Assembly: GCF_009914755.1 (NCBI RefSeq)
Contig: NC_060930.1
DNA from: the human T2T-CHM13v2.0 reference genome, Homo sapiens
Direction: 5' to 3' (one strand)
Length of the DNA stretch: 64,000 bases
Under the pieces are notes generated by a model. It was not told the origin of the DNA and ran no database searches. It was given only the letters and a program-made list of their open reading frames with translations. The translations under genes and the position numbers were made by a program. Positions 16,646 to 30,018 of the stretch are shown here, one piece after another. Numbering within the stretch: position 1 is the stretch's first letter; the number at the start of each line of letters is the position of its first letter.

Positions 16646-16681
16646 AACTAATAACAAAGTCAGTATTCAGAGAGGATAATC

Positions 16682-17260
16682 TAGTCATGCAACCCATAAC
16701 AATGTTTTGGTCAACAATGGACCACATGTATAATAGTTCCATAAGATGACAGTGGAGCTGAAAAATTTCTATCACTTAGTGACAGAGTAGTGCAATTACT
16801 TTATTTTAAAAATAAATTCAGTGTAACCTAAGTGTACAGTGTTTATAATGTCTACAGTAGTGACAGTAATGTCCTACACCTTCACATTCATTCACAACTC
16901 ACTCATTGACTCACCAGAGAAACTCCAGTCCTGCAATATTTATTCATGGTAAGTGCTCCATATAGGTGTATACATTTTTTTATCTTTTATACTGTATTTT
17001 TCTGTACCTTTTTTATATTTAGACATGTTTAGATACACAAATACCATTGTATTCCAAATGCCTGCAATATTAAATTCAGTAACATGTTATATAGATTTGC
17101 AGCTTAGAAGCAATAGGTTGTACCATCTAGTCTAGGTGTGTATTAGGCTATACCATCTAGGTTTGTGTAGATACACCCTATAATGATTGCACAATGACGA
17201 AATTACCTAACGATGCATTTCTCAGAATGTATCCTCATTGTTAAATAAAACATGAATATG
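16682..17260. mobile_element. Tigger3-family (Golem/MER7) DNA transposon
   Basis: Termini 'agtcatgcaacccataacaatgttttggtcaacaatggacc' and 'aacgatgcatttctcagaatgtatcctcattgttaaataaaacatga'. Confidence 0.8.
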
Positions 17261-17739
17261 CTTGATTTCGTGCCTCTTTCTTTCCCACTTCTCAGCTAGA
17301 TAATTTCTGCTTAGTAAATAAATAATTATATTATCAAATGAACATTATTAAATAGAACCAACGGCAAATTGGCTATGTGGCTACAACTCAGCTGCTGGAT
17401 TATTGCTAGTCATTGGTAGGAAAATCTTTTGTAAATACTATATTTCCTATCCCTTAAAGCTGGTGTTGTCTATAGCCTTTCATATTACATCATCTGGCTC
17501 TTCCAGAATGGTATTTATCAGACTCAAAAACAATAGCAACCCTTTTCTGAAAGAAATCTTCCCATTAGTTTGACTAGCTGTCATCCTGGTTTCATGAGAG
17601 TATAACTTAGGTGCAAGCTCTGTGACTTTTTTCATTCAAGCAAATTCTTATCTCTACTTAGAACTGCTGGGCATTTAATTGATGTAATTTAAAACTATTT
17701 CCAGTTGTATTAAACATTAAACAGCATGAAGACTCTCAC

Positions 17740-17820
17740 TAAATGCTGGCGCCCTGTTCTCGGACTTCCCAGCCTCCAGAACCATGAGCCAAATAAATTT
17801 ATTTTCTTATTAAAAAACAA
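17740..17820 (+). mobile_element. MaLR LTR fragment
   Basis: 'ggacttcccagcctccagaaccatgagccaaataaatt'. Confidence 0.65.
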
Positions 17821-17925
17821 CTATGTATTTGATCTGAAGAATAAGTCAAGGGAAAAACAAAAACCAAGCATAGAAAAGCAAAAGATAAAAAATACCCTTC
17901 CAAAATAAATACAAAAGAAGTAGTA

Positions 17926-18240
17926 GGCCAGGTGAGGTGGTTCATACTTATAATCCCAGTGCTTTGGGAGACTGTGGCAGGAGGATTGCTTGAGGCCAGG
18001 AGTTCTAAATATTGACCAGCCTAGTCGGCATAGTGAGACCATGTCTTTTCAAAAAATAAAAAATAATTAGCTGAGTGTGGTGCACATGCCTGTAGTCCTA
18101 GTTACTCAGGAGTCTGAGATGGGAGGATTGCTGGAGCCCAGGAGTTCAAAACTACAGTAACCTATCATCATGCCACTTCACCCTAGCCTGGGAAACAGAG
18201 TGAAACACTATTTCCTTAAAAAACCCTGAAAAAAAATTTT
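17926..18240 (+). mobile_element. AluJ
   Basis: 'ggaggattgcttgaggccaggagttc' and 'gggaggattgctggagcccaggag'; flanked by 'aagtagta'. Confidence 0.9.
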
Positions 18241-18747
18241 TTTAAAGTAGTAGCATAGTACCTGGAAAGCACTAATTAATTGAAATAGGCACTTGCCTGA
18301 CACATTGTTTTCATCACAGGTAAGTCTGGACTATGATGCTGAGAGATTTCCATCAACTAATTCTGGAACATATGGAAATAAAAAATAAAGCTAAGTCTTT
18401 AGTATCATTTCTCAAGGTACATAAGCCTTTTGTATTGATGATATCAAGTGGGGTATTATAATTTGTCAACCTGGGGTACATTTCTGCAAGAAAGAATTAA
18501 ATTTGCACATGATCCTTAGAAATGCAAAATATAAAATCTGTAACTGGAATGTGATTCCATATGACTATGGATGTTGCCCTTATTCTGAATGAAACAGAAT
18601 ATCAGTCTCTGGGACCTACTTGACCGGTTACTATCTTTATGACTTTGGAAAAATGATTCTTTATATCAGATAAAAGAAGGGGAAACAGAATTTATAACTA
18701 AATATTCCAGAAGAATAAACACATGCCCTCATTAACTTCTAAACCCT

Positions 18748-19077
18748 CTGAGCCCCTCGATATACATAGGGGATTGATTCCAGGACCCCCTTGAATACTA
18801 GAATTTGAGGATGCTCAATTCCCTTATATATAATGGTGTAGTATTTCCTTATAAACTATGCACATCCTCCTGTGTACTTAAATCACCCCTAGGTTACTTA
18901 TAATACCTAACACAGTGCCTACACATTGCTGCATTCAAGTGGGTTCAACATAGTACTCAGAGCGTGGCAAATTCAAGTTTTGCTTGTGAAACTTTGTGGA
19001 TTTTCTTCCAAATATTTTTCAACCATAGTTGGTTGCATCCACTGATGTGGAATCTTTGGGTAGAGAGGGCCAACTTA
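18748..19077. mobile_element. MER2 (TcMar-Tigger) DNA transposon
   Basis: 'ggggattgattccaggaccccc...gatgctcaattcccttatatataatggtgtag...gagggccaact'. Confidence 0.8.
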
Positions 19078-20774
19078 CATATAAATAAATAAATAAATAA
19101 AGCATAAGCCCACAAAGACAAATAAAATGGAAGAAGTACAGCAGGATTGATATGGAAGCAAATATCTAGAGAAAGAGAAGCATGTGAATGTGCAGCCTCT
19201 AATTTAGCAGTGTAGAATCAGCTGAAACCTAAACAAATGTGGATGGGGCACCAACAGGATGCAGGTACATTCTCATCCCACTGGAACTGGAATGATCAAT
19301 TTCTGGAAGGTGAAGGTGAGTGGTGGTGCTAAGAACAGAAAAATCAGCTCCAAGTTGTATAAGGAGCAGGCAAATCTTTCCAACCTCATCCCACATGCCA
19401 TGTAGTCAGTTAGCTACTGCTCTTCCACCTGGAAAAAGAGGAGTGGCTTCTCCTCTGGAGAAATGTAACTGGAGGGACTGTATTCTTGGAGCACCAAAAA
19501 CACTAAGGGGCAGCAGCAAAGTGCTAAAAACCAAAGGATTATGTAAAAGTCTAAAAAAGTCATTAAGTTTCTTACCTCATCTCCCCTTCTCTGTGCCCAA
19601 ATGCTACCTACCAAGTTTATAACTTTCAGTTTTTCTTTATTGGCCAAGGAGAAAAGACCAACAGATGTCATCATTCAGATAGTTTACCCAAAACAGCCTG
19701 ATTTCTCCTTAATCACCAATAGAGTAGCAATAAACTATTAGTGCCCCATTATTAAATATAAATGAAACACTAAGCATCCTGGATATTTGAAGAAAACTTC
19801 CAATATGAAATAAACAAAATAAACAGAGAGAAAAAAGATAAGAAAAACAACTAAAGTCGTTTAAAACCCATTCATAATATTCTTCTGAGAAAGTATTGTC
19901 TCCATTAATTGAGAAAAGAATGCTATAAATTGGTACTGAAAATAGAAAGAGCTTTTAGAAAATTAAAAACAGAACATGATGGTATGAATTTCAAAGAGAT
20001 AAATAGAAAAATGAAACACAGAATTTGATAAAATCTTCTGGAAACTAAAAATCTCCTGGAAACTAGGGGTAAAGCACAAAGAGGTGGAAAGCAAGAAGGA
20101 AAAAATTGGAAGAACAAGAAAGAAGGCGCAATATCTGACTAGCAGAATTTTTAAAAATAAACAGTAAATAAAATGATGGTGGTCGGGGGTGGCTATCAAG
20201 AGATAATATCAAGTATGACTTCATATCAAAAGGGCCCACTGCATGTCCAGCACAATGAGGAAGAACTTCCATCATCATGTAATTTCCACATAGAACTAAG
20301 GAAAGGAAGGGACTCACAAATGATTGTGTGACCAGATTGTGGATCAGATTAACACTAGACTTTTCAACAATGCATTGAAACTACAAAATAATGAAATAAT
20401 GTCTTCAAAATGTGGAAGAAAAGTTCTTTCCAACCTGGGATTCTATATCTAGATAAGTGAGTGTAAATGTGGAATAAATTCATTTTCATATAAGTAAGGT
20501 CTTCAAAATTTTTACCTCATCTTCACACATTTTTTCTCATCAAGCTGACAGAACCATTGTTCAATAAATAAATTAATAAGGAGGAAAAAAATAAAATCCA
20601 TTAAACAGAGGATTCAACACAGAGAAAGTAAAAAAGCTAATGACTAAAGGAAGTTATTCTAAAGACACCTGGTTATAAAGGAGAGAGAGTAGCCTGCTTA
20701 GATGGTACACATTGGATCAGGACGACAAAGCCTTCAGGAAGAATTTCTAGAAAGAAAAAAAGTGGATATGTTAG

Positions 20775-21206
20775 TGTTTCAATCTATTTGTGTTGCTATA
20801 ATGGAATATCTGAGGCTCGGTAAATTACAAGGAAAAGAAGTTTATTTGGTTAACCGTTCTGCAGGCTGTACAAGAAGCATGTTTCCATTGCTTTTGATTC
20901 TAGTGATGAACTCAGGTTGGTTCTGCTCATGGAGGAAAGAAAAGGGGAGCCAGTATGTACAGAGATCACGTGGCAAGAGAGGAAGCAAGAAAGAGAGGAG
21001 GAGGTGCCAGACTCTTTTCAGCAACCAGCTCCCTAGGGAACTGAGAGTGAGAACTCACTCACTCCCATAAGAATGGCACTGAGCCATTTGTGAGGGATTC
21101 ACGCCCATGATCCAAACACCTCCCACCAGGCCCCACCTCCAACAATGTGCATCAAATTTCAACATGAGAATTGGCAGGGCCAAACAAATCATATCAAAAC
21201 ATAGTA
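20775..21206 (-). mobile_element. MaLR solo LTR (MSTB-like)
   Basis: 'gttctgcaggctgtacaagaagcatg' and 'ccaggccccacctccaaca'; 5-bp TSD gttag at 20770-20774 and 21207-21211. Confidence 0.88.
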
Positions 21207-21507
21207 GTTAGATTTCCTGATGTGGTGATTTTTACAGTTCTGTTGAAGATTTGGTAAAGAATTAGTGATAGAAACACACAGAAATTAAGCAAAAAATAAA
21301 GTAAAAAAGAGAGAGAGAGAAGGTACAATCCCTAACTTCCAGAAAAATAAAACTATGTAAAAGAAAAGTGATGTTGTCATTGCATATTATGTGGCTCAGC
21401 ATAATATACAATATGTAAAATATTTACAAGGTAATAAGGATGTAAACACTGAACATTGAGAAGAGGGAGAAAGGGAAGTGTGGAAGTACAAGTTGAACAA
21501 AGAGTGC

Positions 21508-22080
21508 CGTGGCAGATTGTATTTTCCGTAAGTGGCCCTATCAGTGTTTCCCATCCATATGCTCTTTTCTAATGTGACCTTGTCAATCTCCCATCAAGAG
21601 ATGGAGTCCAGTTTTACTTCTGGTGAACCTAGACTAAGCTTCGGACCTAGTTGTTGCTGACACTAAGTGACTATTGAGGCTAGGCTAGCAAAGGCCTTGC
21701 AACTTATGTATTTTTCTCCTGGAACTCCCGCTTTTAGAGTCTCATCTGTCATATAAGAAATTTGTTTACCCTGAGACCACAGTGCTGGAGATACCACGCA
21801 GAGAAAGACCACATATATGCCCACAGGTTTCAGCTGTTTCAGTACTCAGTCATCTGAGTCATCACAGTCCAGACATTAGATATGTGAGTGCAGAAGTCTT
21901 GAAGAAGATTCCAGACTCAGCCACTGTCTGACCACTGCCACACAAAGAACCCTGAGACAGCTAGACATGTCTAGCTGCACCTAGTTGAACCACACAACTG
22001 TGAGAAGTGGTAATAATTGATTGTTGTTTTAAGCTTTTGTTTTGGGACCGATTTTTATAAAGCAATAGGGGAGCCAAACA
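21508..22080 (+). mobile_element. MaLR solo LTR (MLT1H/G-like)
   Basis: 'gtggcagattgtattttcc...ctcccatcaagagatggagtc'; 5-bp TSD agtgc at 21503-21507 and 22081-22085. Confidence 0.8.
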
Positions 22081-22762
22081 AGTGCTAATTCTTATTTTTC
22101 ATAATTTAAAGTCAAAAAACAGCAAATAAAGTACTCAAGAAATAGAAGCATAAGCATATTAGTTTAGAAACATAGCTGGAAATAATACAAAATACAAGAA
22201 AAAACTCAAGCACATAAAAGTGGTTGTTCCTAGAGAATAAGAGTTCTAGGGTAAGCACAGGTGAGACAGAGGATCACTGATCTTAGCTGTAACTCTTATA
22301 GCACTATTTAACTTTCAAAGTTAAATACTCATATTTATTTGATAAAAATTAAATTTATAAAAATGGGGATATCTACCCTGCCTACGAATCACACATTGCA
22401 AGTGCAAGATTTCCCAGAGTTTATGAGCATGAAAGCACTTTGAAAACTCTAAAATACTATCAATATGTGGCATTATATCTATCATTATTTTTAATTTCCC
22501 ATTCTGTCGTCAAGCTTGTTCAACAAAAGTTTGAGAAAAATTCAGTTTAATTTACAGTGAAAATATGGGTTCTAGAACCAGTTTTAAACTAAAATGTTCA
22601 ATCCGAGCCTTAGTTTTCTGACTTATTAATAAAGAATTGAGTAGGAGTGGACATGACATTGAAGAAGTCACTTCCAATATGTTACAATATTTAGCATCTC
22701 TGGGACTCTACCTTAGAGCTCATCATTGCTAGGTTCTATGCTAGATTTAAAATAGTTTAAGA

Positions 22763-23265
22763 CAAGAATTCTCAAAGTTTGGTTCCAGGAGCCCTCCCTA
22801 TGCACTCTTTAAGTCACTGGGGACCCCAAATAGCTATTGTTTGTGTGAGTTATAGCCTTCGATAATTACTTACTAGAAATTAAAAATGGAAAATTTAAAA
22901 TATTTAACTTATTTTAAAATGACAATAATAAGCCCATTACATGTTGGAATATTTTTAATAAAGAATAATTGCTTTTCTAAATAAAACAATTTAATGAGAA
23001 GACTGGGATTGTCTTATACCATTGCAAGTTAATGTTGGCTTAACAGACAAGGGCTATATTATACTTGCTTCTGCATTTAATCCACTGCAATATTACACAT
23101 TAGGTAACCTCTGAAAACTCCACTGCACACTTGTGACAGAATGAGAGTGAAAAGGGCAAATAATGTCTTACTATTACTATAAAATTGATTTTAATCTCAG
23201 GGATCCCCTGAAAGGGCTTTAAGAAGACCTCCAGGTGCCAGATATTAGAACCCCCAGTTTACAAC
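22763..23265. mobile_element. hAT-Charlie non-autonomous element (MER119/Charlie1-like)
   Basis: 'ttctcaaagtttggttcc', 'ggggaccccaaatagc' and 'ctctgaaaactccactgcacacttgtgacagaatgagagtgaaaagggcaaat'. Confidence 0.65.
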
Positions 23266-23416
23266 AATGATATGCACTGACTTCAAAGAAATTTAAAGAG
23301 TGAGCTTCTAAAAAGTCAATCAGTCTTTAGAAAGTCAGTAGATATAGATCAGAGATGAATGATTTTTCTTTGTTTTAAATGTATAGGTATGAACAGAATG
23401 TATCAATGAAATTAGG

Positions 23417-23640
23417 GCAGCAGCAGCATGTGATGGTTAAGAGCCCTATCTCTGGAATCAGACATCAGGGGTTCAAATCCTGGCCCTATTATTTATCAGC
23501 TGTGGCAACTTTGGCAAGTTACTTAGTTCCTCTGTGCCTCCAGGGTTAGTATCAACGTTAAATGAGTCAATATCTTTAAGTATTTAGAATGTGGAATGGT
23601 ACATAATCAATGCTAACATATATTTGTGAAATAATATAAA
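23417..23640 (+). mobile_element. MIR
   Basis: 'gtgatggttaagagc...ggttcaaatcctggcc...ggcaagttacttagttcctctgtgcctc'. Confidence 0.8.
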
Positions 23641-23694
23641 TTTCTTCCAGGAAAAAAAGTCAAATTCAGCTTATTATGTAAATACTGACCATAG

Positions 23695-23895
23695 ACAGAG
23701 GCCCTGGATTCTCTCCAGGCTTTACCACCTGTGAGTCACATGGCCATGGGAGTTATTCAAACACCTGGCCCCCAGTTTCTCTGAGCATCCATCCTTTACA
23801 TGACAGATGTGAGTCTCAACTGAGATGACAGTTATGAAAGCTTTTGGGGAAAAGTTGAGTCCTATGCTGCTCTGCAAATGTAAACGGTTATTCTT
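23695..23895 (+). mobile_element. Degenerate MIR
   Basis: 'ccccagtttctc...tgagatgacagttatgaaagctttt'. Confidence 0.5.
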
Positions 23896-24878
23896 GTTCA
23901 TATTCTCACCTGTGTGATGATCAGCTTTCTGTGAATGTATTATGATTTTTGTTAACTTCAGGTATTCCTGGTCCTCTTGGATTTCCTTTGGCTTTGGATA
24001 TCAGAAAGGCAATGATTGGAATATTGTTTTCTCTACCTCTTGGCATTTTGATTTCTGCTTTCTGGGTAGTGTTCCCTTCCAAAGTAAATGCATTAGGAAG
24101 CTTTTGGATGTGTGATTTAGTTTTCACATCATGTAACATTTGCTGAGTTTATCAGTCCCCTGAGGCCTCCGCAGGACAGAAGAGGAGAGAGAGACAAAAA
24201 GCTCTTACAAATACCATTATTATTGCAATTATTCACTAAGGCAGAAGGTGGTTTTATCTTAGATTCAAAGCTTTGCTGGGAGGAGGGAAGAGAGAGGAGC
24301 ACAGAGCCAGGGAGACTGTGAGCACATTGGCTGGAGATGTTCTAACCATATTGGAAGGACAGGAGGTCACAGAAAGTCTGGTCCCATTCCATCAGCTTAG
24401 ATCTGAGGGAGATGAAGTGGACATGACAACTGAGCATTCAATCTAGTGGAGCCAACGTCAAGCCCTTAAACCAGCCTAGCCATGGATTTAGCTTGAGCTG
24501 CAACCAGGAGCTTAGATTCTTTCAGGACTCAGAGGCCTATAAAATATGGTGCAAAACTTTTTACATAACAAAATCTCCCACTCTTCCTACACCTCTATTC
24601 CCATCATGGAACTATGTGGAGTTTCCAGAATCTACTGTGCTCTTTGCCCACTTTTCCTTTGTTCATGCTAGGGCTTCTGCATGGTGTGCCAGCTTTTAGG
24701 CCTGGCAAACACTTACTTTTCTTTCAAGACTCAGGTCAGTTGCTAGCTCCTTTGGGACTCCCTAAGAAATCATAGGTACTTCTTTTTGGTCTACTAATAG
24801 CATCTCAATTTAACTTAAAGGCCCTAGGGAATTTATTCATAAATGTTTGATTGACATATCTATTTCCACAATAGATAT

Positions 24879-25630
24879 TGAAACGGGAGAATTCCCTGAA
24901 CCCCTTGTGAGATGTGCAACAGGGGTGTGGCTCATTTATTTGGCCTCCACGTGCTCAAACCTCTTATGGGAGGGGAGCATGCAGATGAGCAGGTGTAGGA
25001 GCCAAGGCGAGTGCTTTTGGGGTCTGACCCTATGGCAGTGCCTAGGGGTGTTACAATGCTTTTTTAGCCCTGCTGTCTGGGGACAACTTAAGTGTTAAAC
25101 AGCTCAGTGAAGAGTCAGTGTGACAGCCTTTTTGGGTTCCTGCACCCAGTGTGCCCTGAATTCTTGTCTGGCATCCAGGAAGAATCAGGTCACACAGACT
25201 TGAAGGATGGTGAATATGGGGATTTTATTGAGTGATGGAGGTGGCTCTCAGTGGGATGGGGAGCTACAGAGGGGATAGAGTGGGGAGATGATCTTCCCCT
25301 GGAGTTCAGCCATCCTGCAGCTGATCTCCTCTCTGACCATCCCCAGCTGAACTCCTCTAAAAGTTCAGATGCATCTTCTCTTCTCTCCTTCTCTACCATG
25401 CCACTCTGCTGCTCTGCTGCTTTGCTGCTCTTCTGCTTATGGAGCCTGGGATTTGGGGTTTATACAAGCACACGACTGGGGGCTGTGGTGGGCCAAAAGG
25501 CAACATTCGGGCATGAAAACAGGAATGCCTGTTCTCATTTAAGGCCATGTGTTTCCAGGCTTGAGGGTGGGGCCTTTGCTGGGGAACTGCCCTCTTCTAC
25601 CCAATACTTCCCTGCCTCCTGTCCATATCA
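24879..25630 (-). mobile_element. ERV1 solo LTR (LTR1 family-like)
   Basis: TG...CA termini and a 4-bp TSD atat at 24875-24878 and 25631-25634. Homologous to 10768-11550 and flanked by L2-like sequence. Confidence 0.85.
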
Positions 25631-26019
25631 ATATTAAGATTTTTGTGGATAAGGACTCTCACTGAAGTATGCACATCTCTAAAAACAGCATTCATCGTTC
25701 ATGTTGGAATACTAATAAATGTTTGCAGAATGAATGCATAACAAATGCCAAGAATGCTATATGTCTGAAGTTTTACTGTAGGGCAAAAATGCTGAATTAC
25801 TAATGGAAGTTTCCCTTCTTGGATCCTGGTAATCAGGCTGCAGTGTGGCTACTAGCAGGAACACAGGCAGGGAGATGGTGGCCATGTGAGAGCTGTGTTG
25901 GTGAGGGTGAAGTCCAGTTCCTGAGAACACTATTGCATAAGAGTGGCAGTGGGCTAGGGGCTAGGCAGAGAAATTGCGATTCAAAGGCTCCACCTACCCA
26001 GCACTGTTTAGATTATTAT

Positions 26020-26742
26020 TGTTAAAATATACCCCAGCTGACAGACCAAATGAACACCCTGTGGCTAAAATGAGACACACCAGAAATGGATTCAAATGCC
26101 CACAGCAAGGAGAAGAGTTAATCAGGTACCCCTATATTACCAGCTGCCATAAGGTCTTCTTTCCTGTACTTGAACAAATACTAGTTCTTAAAAACACCTT
26201 CAAAACAGCTACAACTGGGAGTTTCCCAACTGACCTGGGTGGACCACCCAGCTCCAGCCAACTGAACTGCCCCCACCCCTCCTTGTGGCCCCACTAGCAA
26301 CTCCAACTGGATAGGAGACTGACCTCACAAACATTCTTGCCTGATAAACAGCCACGAACTTCAACCCAGTTTCAGCCAGCTCATGGAGAATGTGCAAACT
26401 TCTTTATGCTCTTTAGTTCACATTTTGACATAAAATTTCACCTTACTTTAATGTTAAAACTCCACCCAAAAATAAGCACAATATTTCTGTTATGTATGTT
26501 TGCCTACTGCCACAGGGGTTGACTTCCCCCATAAATATTCATAGACTTCCTCCAAACCTGCTAAATACACGTCTAAGATGGCCCCTGAAAGACATAAATG
26601 CCAGTTCATCCTCTCCCCTCTTCAGAGTGCACTTCCATTTTACACCAAAGGCTGTGTCTTCCCTATCTTTAGATATTGTTTTGTTTTAAGAAAATAAAGC
26701 TCTCCCTTTTTCCTTCACAGATCTCATGGTCTTTTGTTAACA
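26020..26742 (+). mobile_element. ERV1-class solo LTR (subfamily uncertain)
   Basis: TGTTAA...TTAACA inverted termini, AATAAA near 26693, and a ttat/ctat 4-bp TSD. Confidence 0.75.
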
Positions 26743-27272
26743 CTATAAACATGTTGATTTCAGTCAGAAGCCAAGAGGTAAGAAGGCGCTGTGGATGGAA
26801 CTTGGGCTTTAGGCATCAAAGCCCACCACTAAATAGAAGCCCAGTTTTGGACAAGTTATGTAAGTACATCTAATCTCAGTTTTCTAGTTTTAAAACAGAC
26901 TTAAACTTTAAGTGAGTGAGGAATTTTAAAAATTAAAGAGGATAGATTTTGCAGTGCTCTATGTACAAATTTCAGCTCAGGCACTGACTGAAGTCCTAGG
27001 ATGGCATCAGTTTTCCCCTCTTTAAACAGGAATAAAAATAGTTTCTGGATGGTTATAAGCATTAAATGAGTGAAATCACAGAAAATGCTTTCCTTAATGC
27101 CTGACGTACGAGCTTAAGAAGGGTAAGCTAATATTTTTATTAAAAACTATGTAAACGACTCAGCACACAACAAAAACATGTTAACTCCGTCACCCTTCAA
27201 TATGGTGGACCCTGACCTAGAGGTCAATTAATCTGATAAAGGTTGGATAAATGCAGTGTATGGAAATGTGAG

Positions 27273-27345
27273 CTTCCTTCCTCCTTTTCTTCCTCTCTTC
27301 CTCCCTCCTTCCCTCCCTTCCTCCCTCCTTCCCTCCCTTCCTTCT
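27273..27345. repeat. (CCTT/CCCT)n pyrimidine tract
   Basis: Visible directly in the sequence. Confidence 0.9.
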
Positions 27346-29508
27346 TGGCTCATTGACAACATTTGAAACTGCACAGGATTTTGCCCTTCTAGAACACCTG
27401 TTGGGCTTTGCACAATCCAGGCAAATCATGTTCCTATGGTGGTAGATTTCCTGTGGAGTCTGAGGATAAAAATGCCAAGGGGAAGGCCTGTTTCCCGTAT
27501 GTTAAATGAACGTGTGTTTTCTTCCCAGGAAAAAAAATATTGCGATGAAGAGGGTGTGCTTCAGAAACTCATGTTCCTGCTCTCCTGTGACTCTGATGAT
27601 AAATCACAAGCACCTCCACACTGATGTCTGGGAGAAAACCACATTGGAGCTGACAAAATATAGTTTAACTAAAAATAGAATCACAAAATTTTCATCTATA
27701 TTTTAAAAGTGTGTGGCGGGAATGGTAGGGTCCTGGAGGTGGGAAGGAAGGAGAAGAGGCAATATTACCAGCTCAGGTAGAGCTTCTGCTCCTTTTCCAA
27801 GAAGCACTTAAATGCTGAACTGATGACTGAGCCCTTGGCTGGGGACAGCCTGCTGTGGTGTTGGGGCTCGGGTGGATTCCCAGCCTTTCTAAACCTAAAT
27901 GAACTCTTTTTCCCCCTGGAGCCTGCGGGAAGCCAGAAAAGGACCTCTCTTCCATAGTATGGGAGAGCTGCAAGGTTCAGGAGATTAGCAAGTGGAGCAC
28001 AGCAGCTTCACCTTCAGTGGGTTGGATCCAGGCAAGCTAGTTAGAAATATCTCAGGGATGCCTGTCAGCTGTTCAGTGGCTTATGAGAATTGAGTGTGGG
28101 TAGCTGCTAAGTTCCTTTGGACACATTTTTTATAAGCCTACAAAGTCTACTTTTGGTTCTTGACTATGATATAGTTTCATATGTGTTTACTCCAAAGTCC
28201 TAAAAACACTGATGGGGGATAATTGTCCAAATGTAAACTATTATTGATATATTAAGATCTGTATTTATAAATAAATTTTTATTTTGATAGGCTTATCCAA
28301 TTTATCAGAAATGGGGCCATTACAAATGTTAAGATAGCCTCTGATACTGATAAACAATATTAAAGCAAGCAAAGGCACAGATCTTTGCTCAGATGGAAAC
28401 CGGTTGGGTGATTTTACTAATTCATTAATCCTTGACTGCCATCAAAGGCATAGTTGCATTATCTATCGATAGAATTTATCATAGTAAGAAAAGACCTCTG
28501 CATTTAGGTAGAGTCATAAGTGTTTATGCAGATAAATATATGCTTCTAATGTATTCCACCAATGCTTTGGAGAGTAAATACCCATAACTAGAGCAAATTG
28601 AGGATAAAGTGCAATGCTGGCTTATCCAGTGAGCAGGAGCTCTTCTGTGGGACTTTTTCTTTTTAATTTTCAGAATAACTTTTAAATAATTTGTTTTATA
28701 GTTTGTTCAGAACAATTCTCCTTATCTAAGATACTTTTAAAATCATGGTCTGAGTCATAAAATTCCACCTTAACAATTTTAAATTCCCCTGGGTTCTAGA
28801 ATCAGTTCTATTGCTACTGGTGTAATCCTGTGCAGTCTCTTCCTCTCTTTGCGTTTAGTTTCTTCAGTGTGAAAATAGGATTGGATCAGGGCTGAACTAG
28901 ATGTTTAATCAATTGCCCTTCAGCTCTAAAAATAAAAAAAAAAATCTTTGTAAACAAGTTCAGGTCACACTGAAGAGAATTTACCCCTCCGCCTAAATAA
29001 TTCATAGACACCGTGAAAAAGTGATCCACTCATTCTATCCAAGTATCCTATGTATTCTCAAACTATTTTTGATTGAAGTAGAAGATAGGGTGTTTTGCTG
29101 AAAGTTTTTGAACCAGAATCACAGTCTCAATGGGAAATAGCTGGCACATTCAAATGGACACATTTAAGAGAACTTAGGTGGAATAACTATTTACATAGAC
29201 ACAGGCAGGATTAAAGAATATCAACTAGGTATGGTAGACATCCTAATAAACAATATTAGGAACTGTCACTTACCCTGGGACTGAAGGGTAAGAGGACAGA
29301 GTGGATACCAGTACACAGAGGGAGACCTATAACATTAGCATAAGAAAGGACAATTGGACAGGTGCCACAGCCTTGAGCAGGAGGGATGCAGTCATTGCTA
29401 ACCCATGGCCCCACAAGAGGGGACCTTCTCCTTCCTCTCTTAGCTCCTTTCTGCACCTTCTATTGATCAAATCTAAAGCCAGAGAAAAGGGAGCCTATGA
29501 ATACGGCC

Positions 29509-29545
29509 TGTGTTATTCAGGATTCTTTAGAGAAACTGAGCCAAT

Positions 29546-29585
<40 letters not shown>

Positions 29586-29604
29586 GTGTGTGTGTATATA
29601 TATA

Positions 29605-29693
<89 letters not shown>

Positions 29694-30018
29694 CAAGGAA
29701 TTGGCTGATGTGATTGTGGGGACTGGTAAGTCTGAAGTCTGCAGCCTGTCAATCTGGTTGCAGTGTTGAGTCTAAAGGTAATCTTAAGGCAGAATTCCTT
29801 CCTTCTTGGGGTATTCTGGTCTTTTCCCTTAGGCCTTCACCTGATTGAATGAAGCCACCCACATTATCAAAGGTAATCTGTTTTGCTAAAAGTCTACTAT
29901 TTGAAATGTTAATCACATCTAAAAAACTACCTTCACCAATCGCAACATCTAGACGGTATTTGACCAAACAACTGGCAACCATTCTTATCTAAGTTGATGC
30001 ATAAAATTAACCATGGCA
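29509..30018 (-). mobile_element. MLT2 (ERVL) solo LTR
   Basis: 'tgtgttattcaggattctttagagaaac', 'aaggaattggctgatgtgattgtgggg', ending 'aagttgatgcataaaattaaccatggca'. Confidence 0.85.
29547..29690. repeat. Compound microsatellite (TG)n(TA)n(TG)n(TA)n(GA)n
   Basis: Visible directly in the sequence, inside the MLT2 LTR. Confidence 0.97.

Larger units (their letters stand above)
19100..22360 (+). mobile_element. Ancient L1M/HAL1-type fragments interrupted by two MaLR LTRs
   Basis: A-rich, with ORF1-region motifs such as 'atcagattaacactagacttttcaaca' and 'ttccaacctgggattctatatctag'; boundaries approximate. Confidence 0.55.

Noticed and set aside
23949-24146. Collagen-like GIPGPLGFP after an acceptor-like ttcag
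   Set aside because: Only three Gly-X-Y triplets, no sustained periodicity and no neighbouring collagen-type exons.
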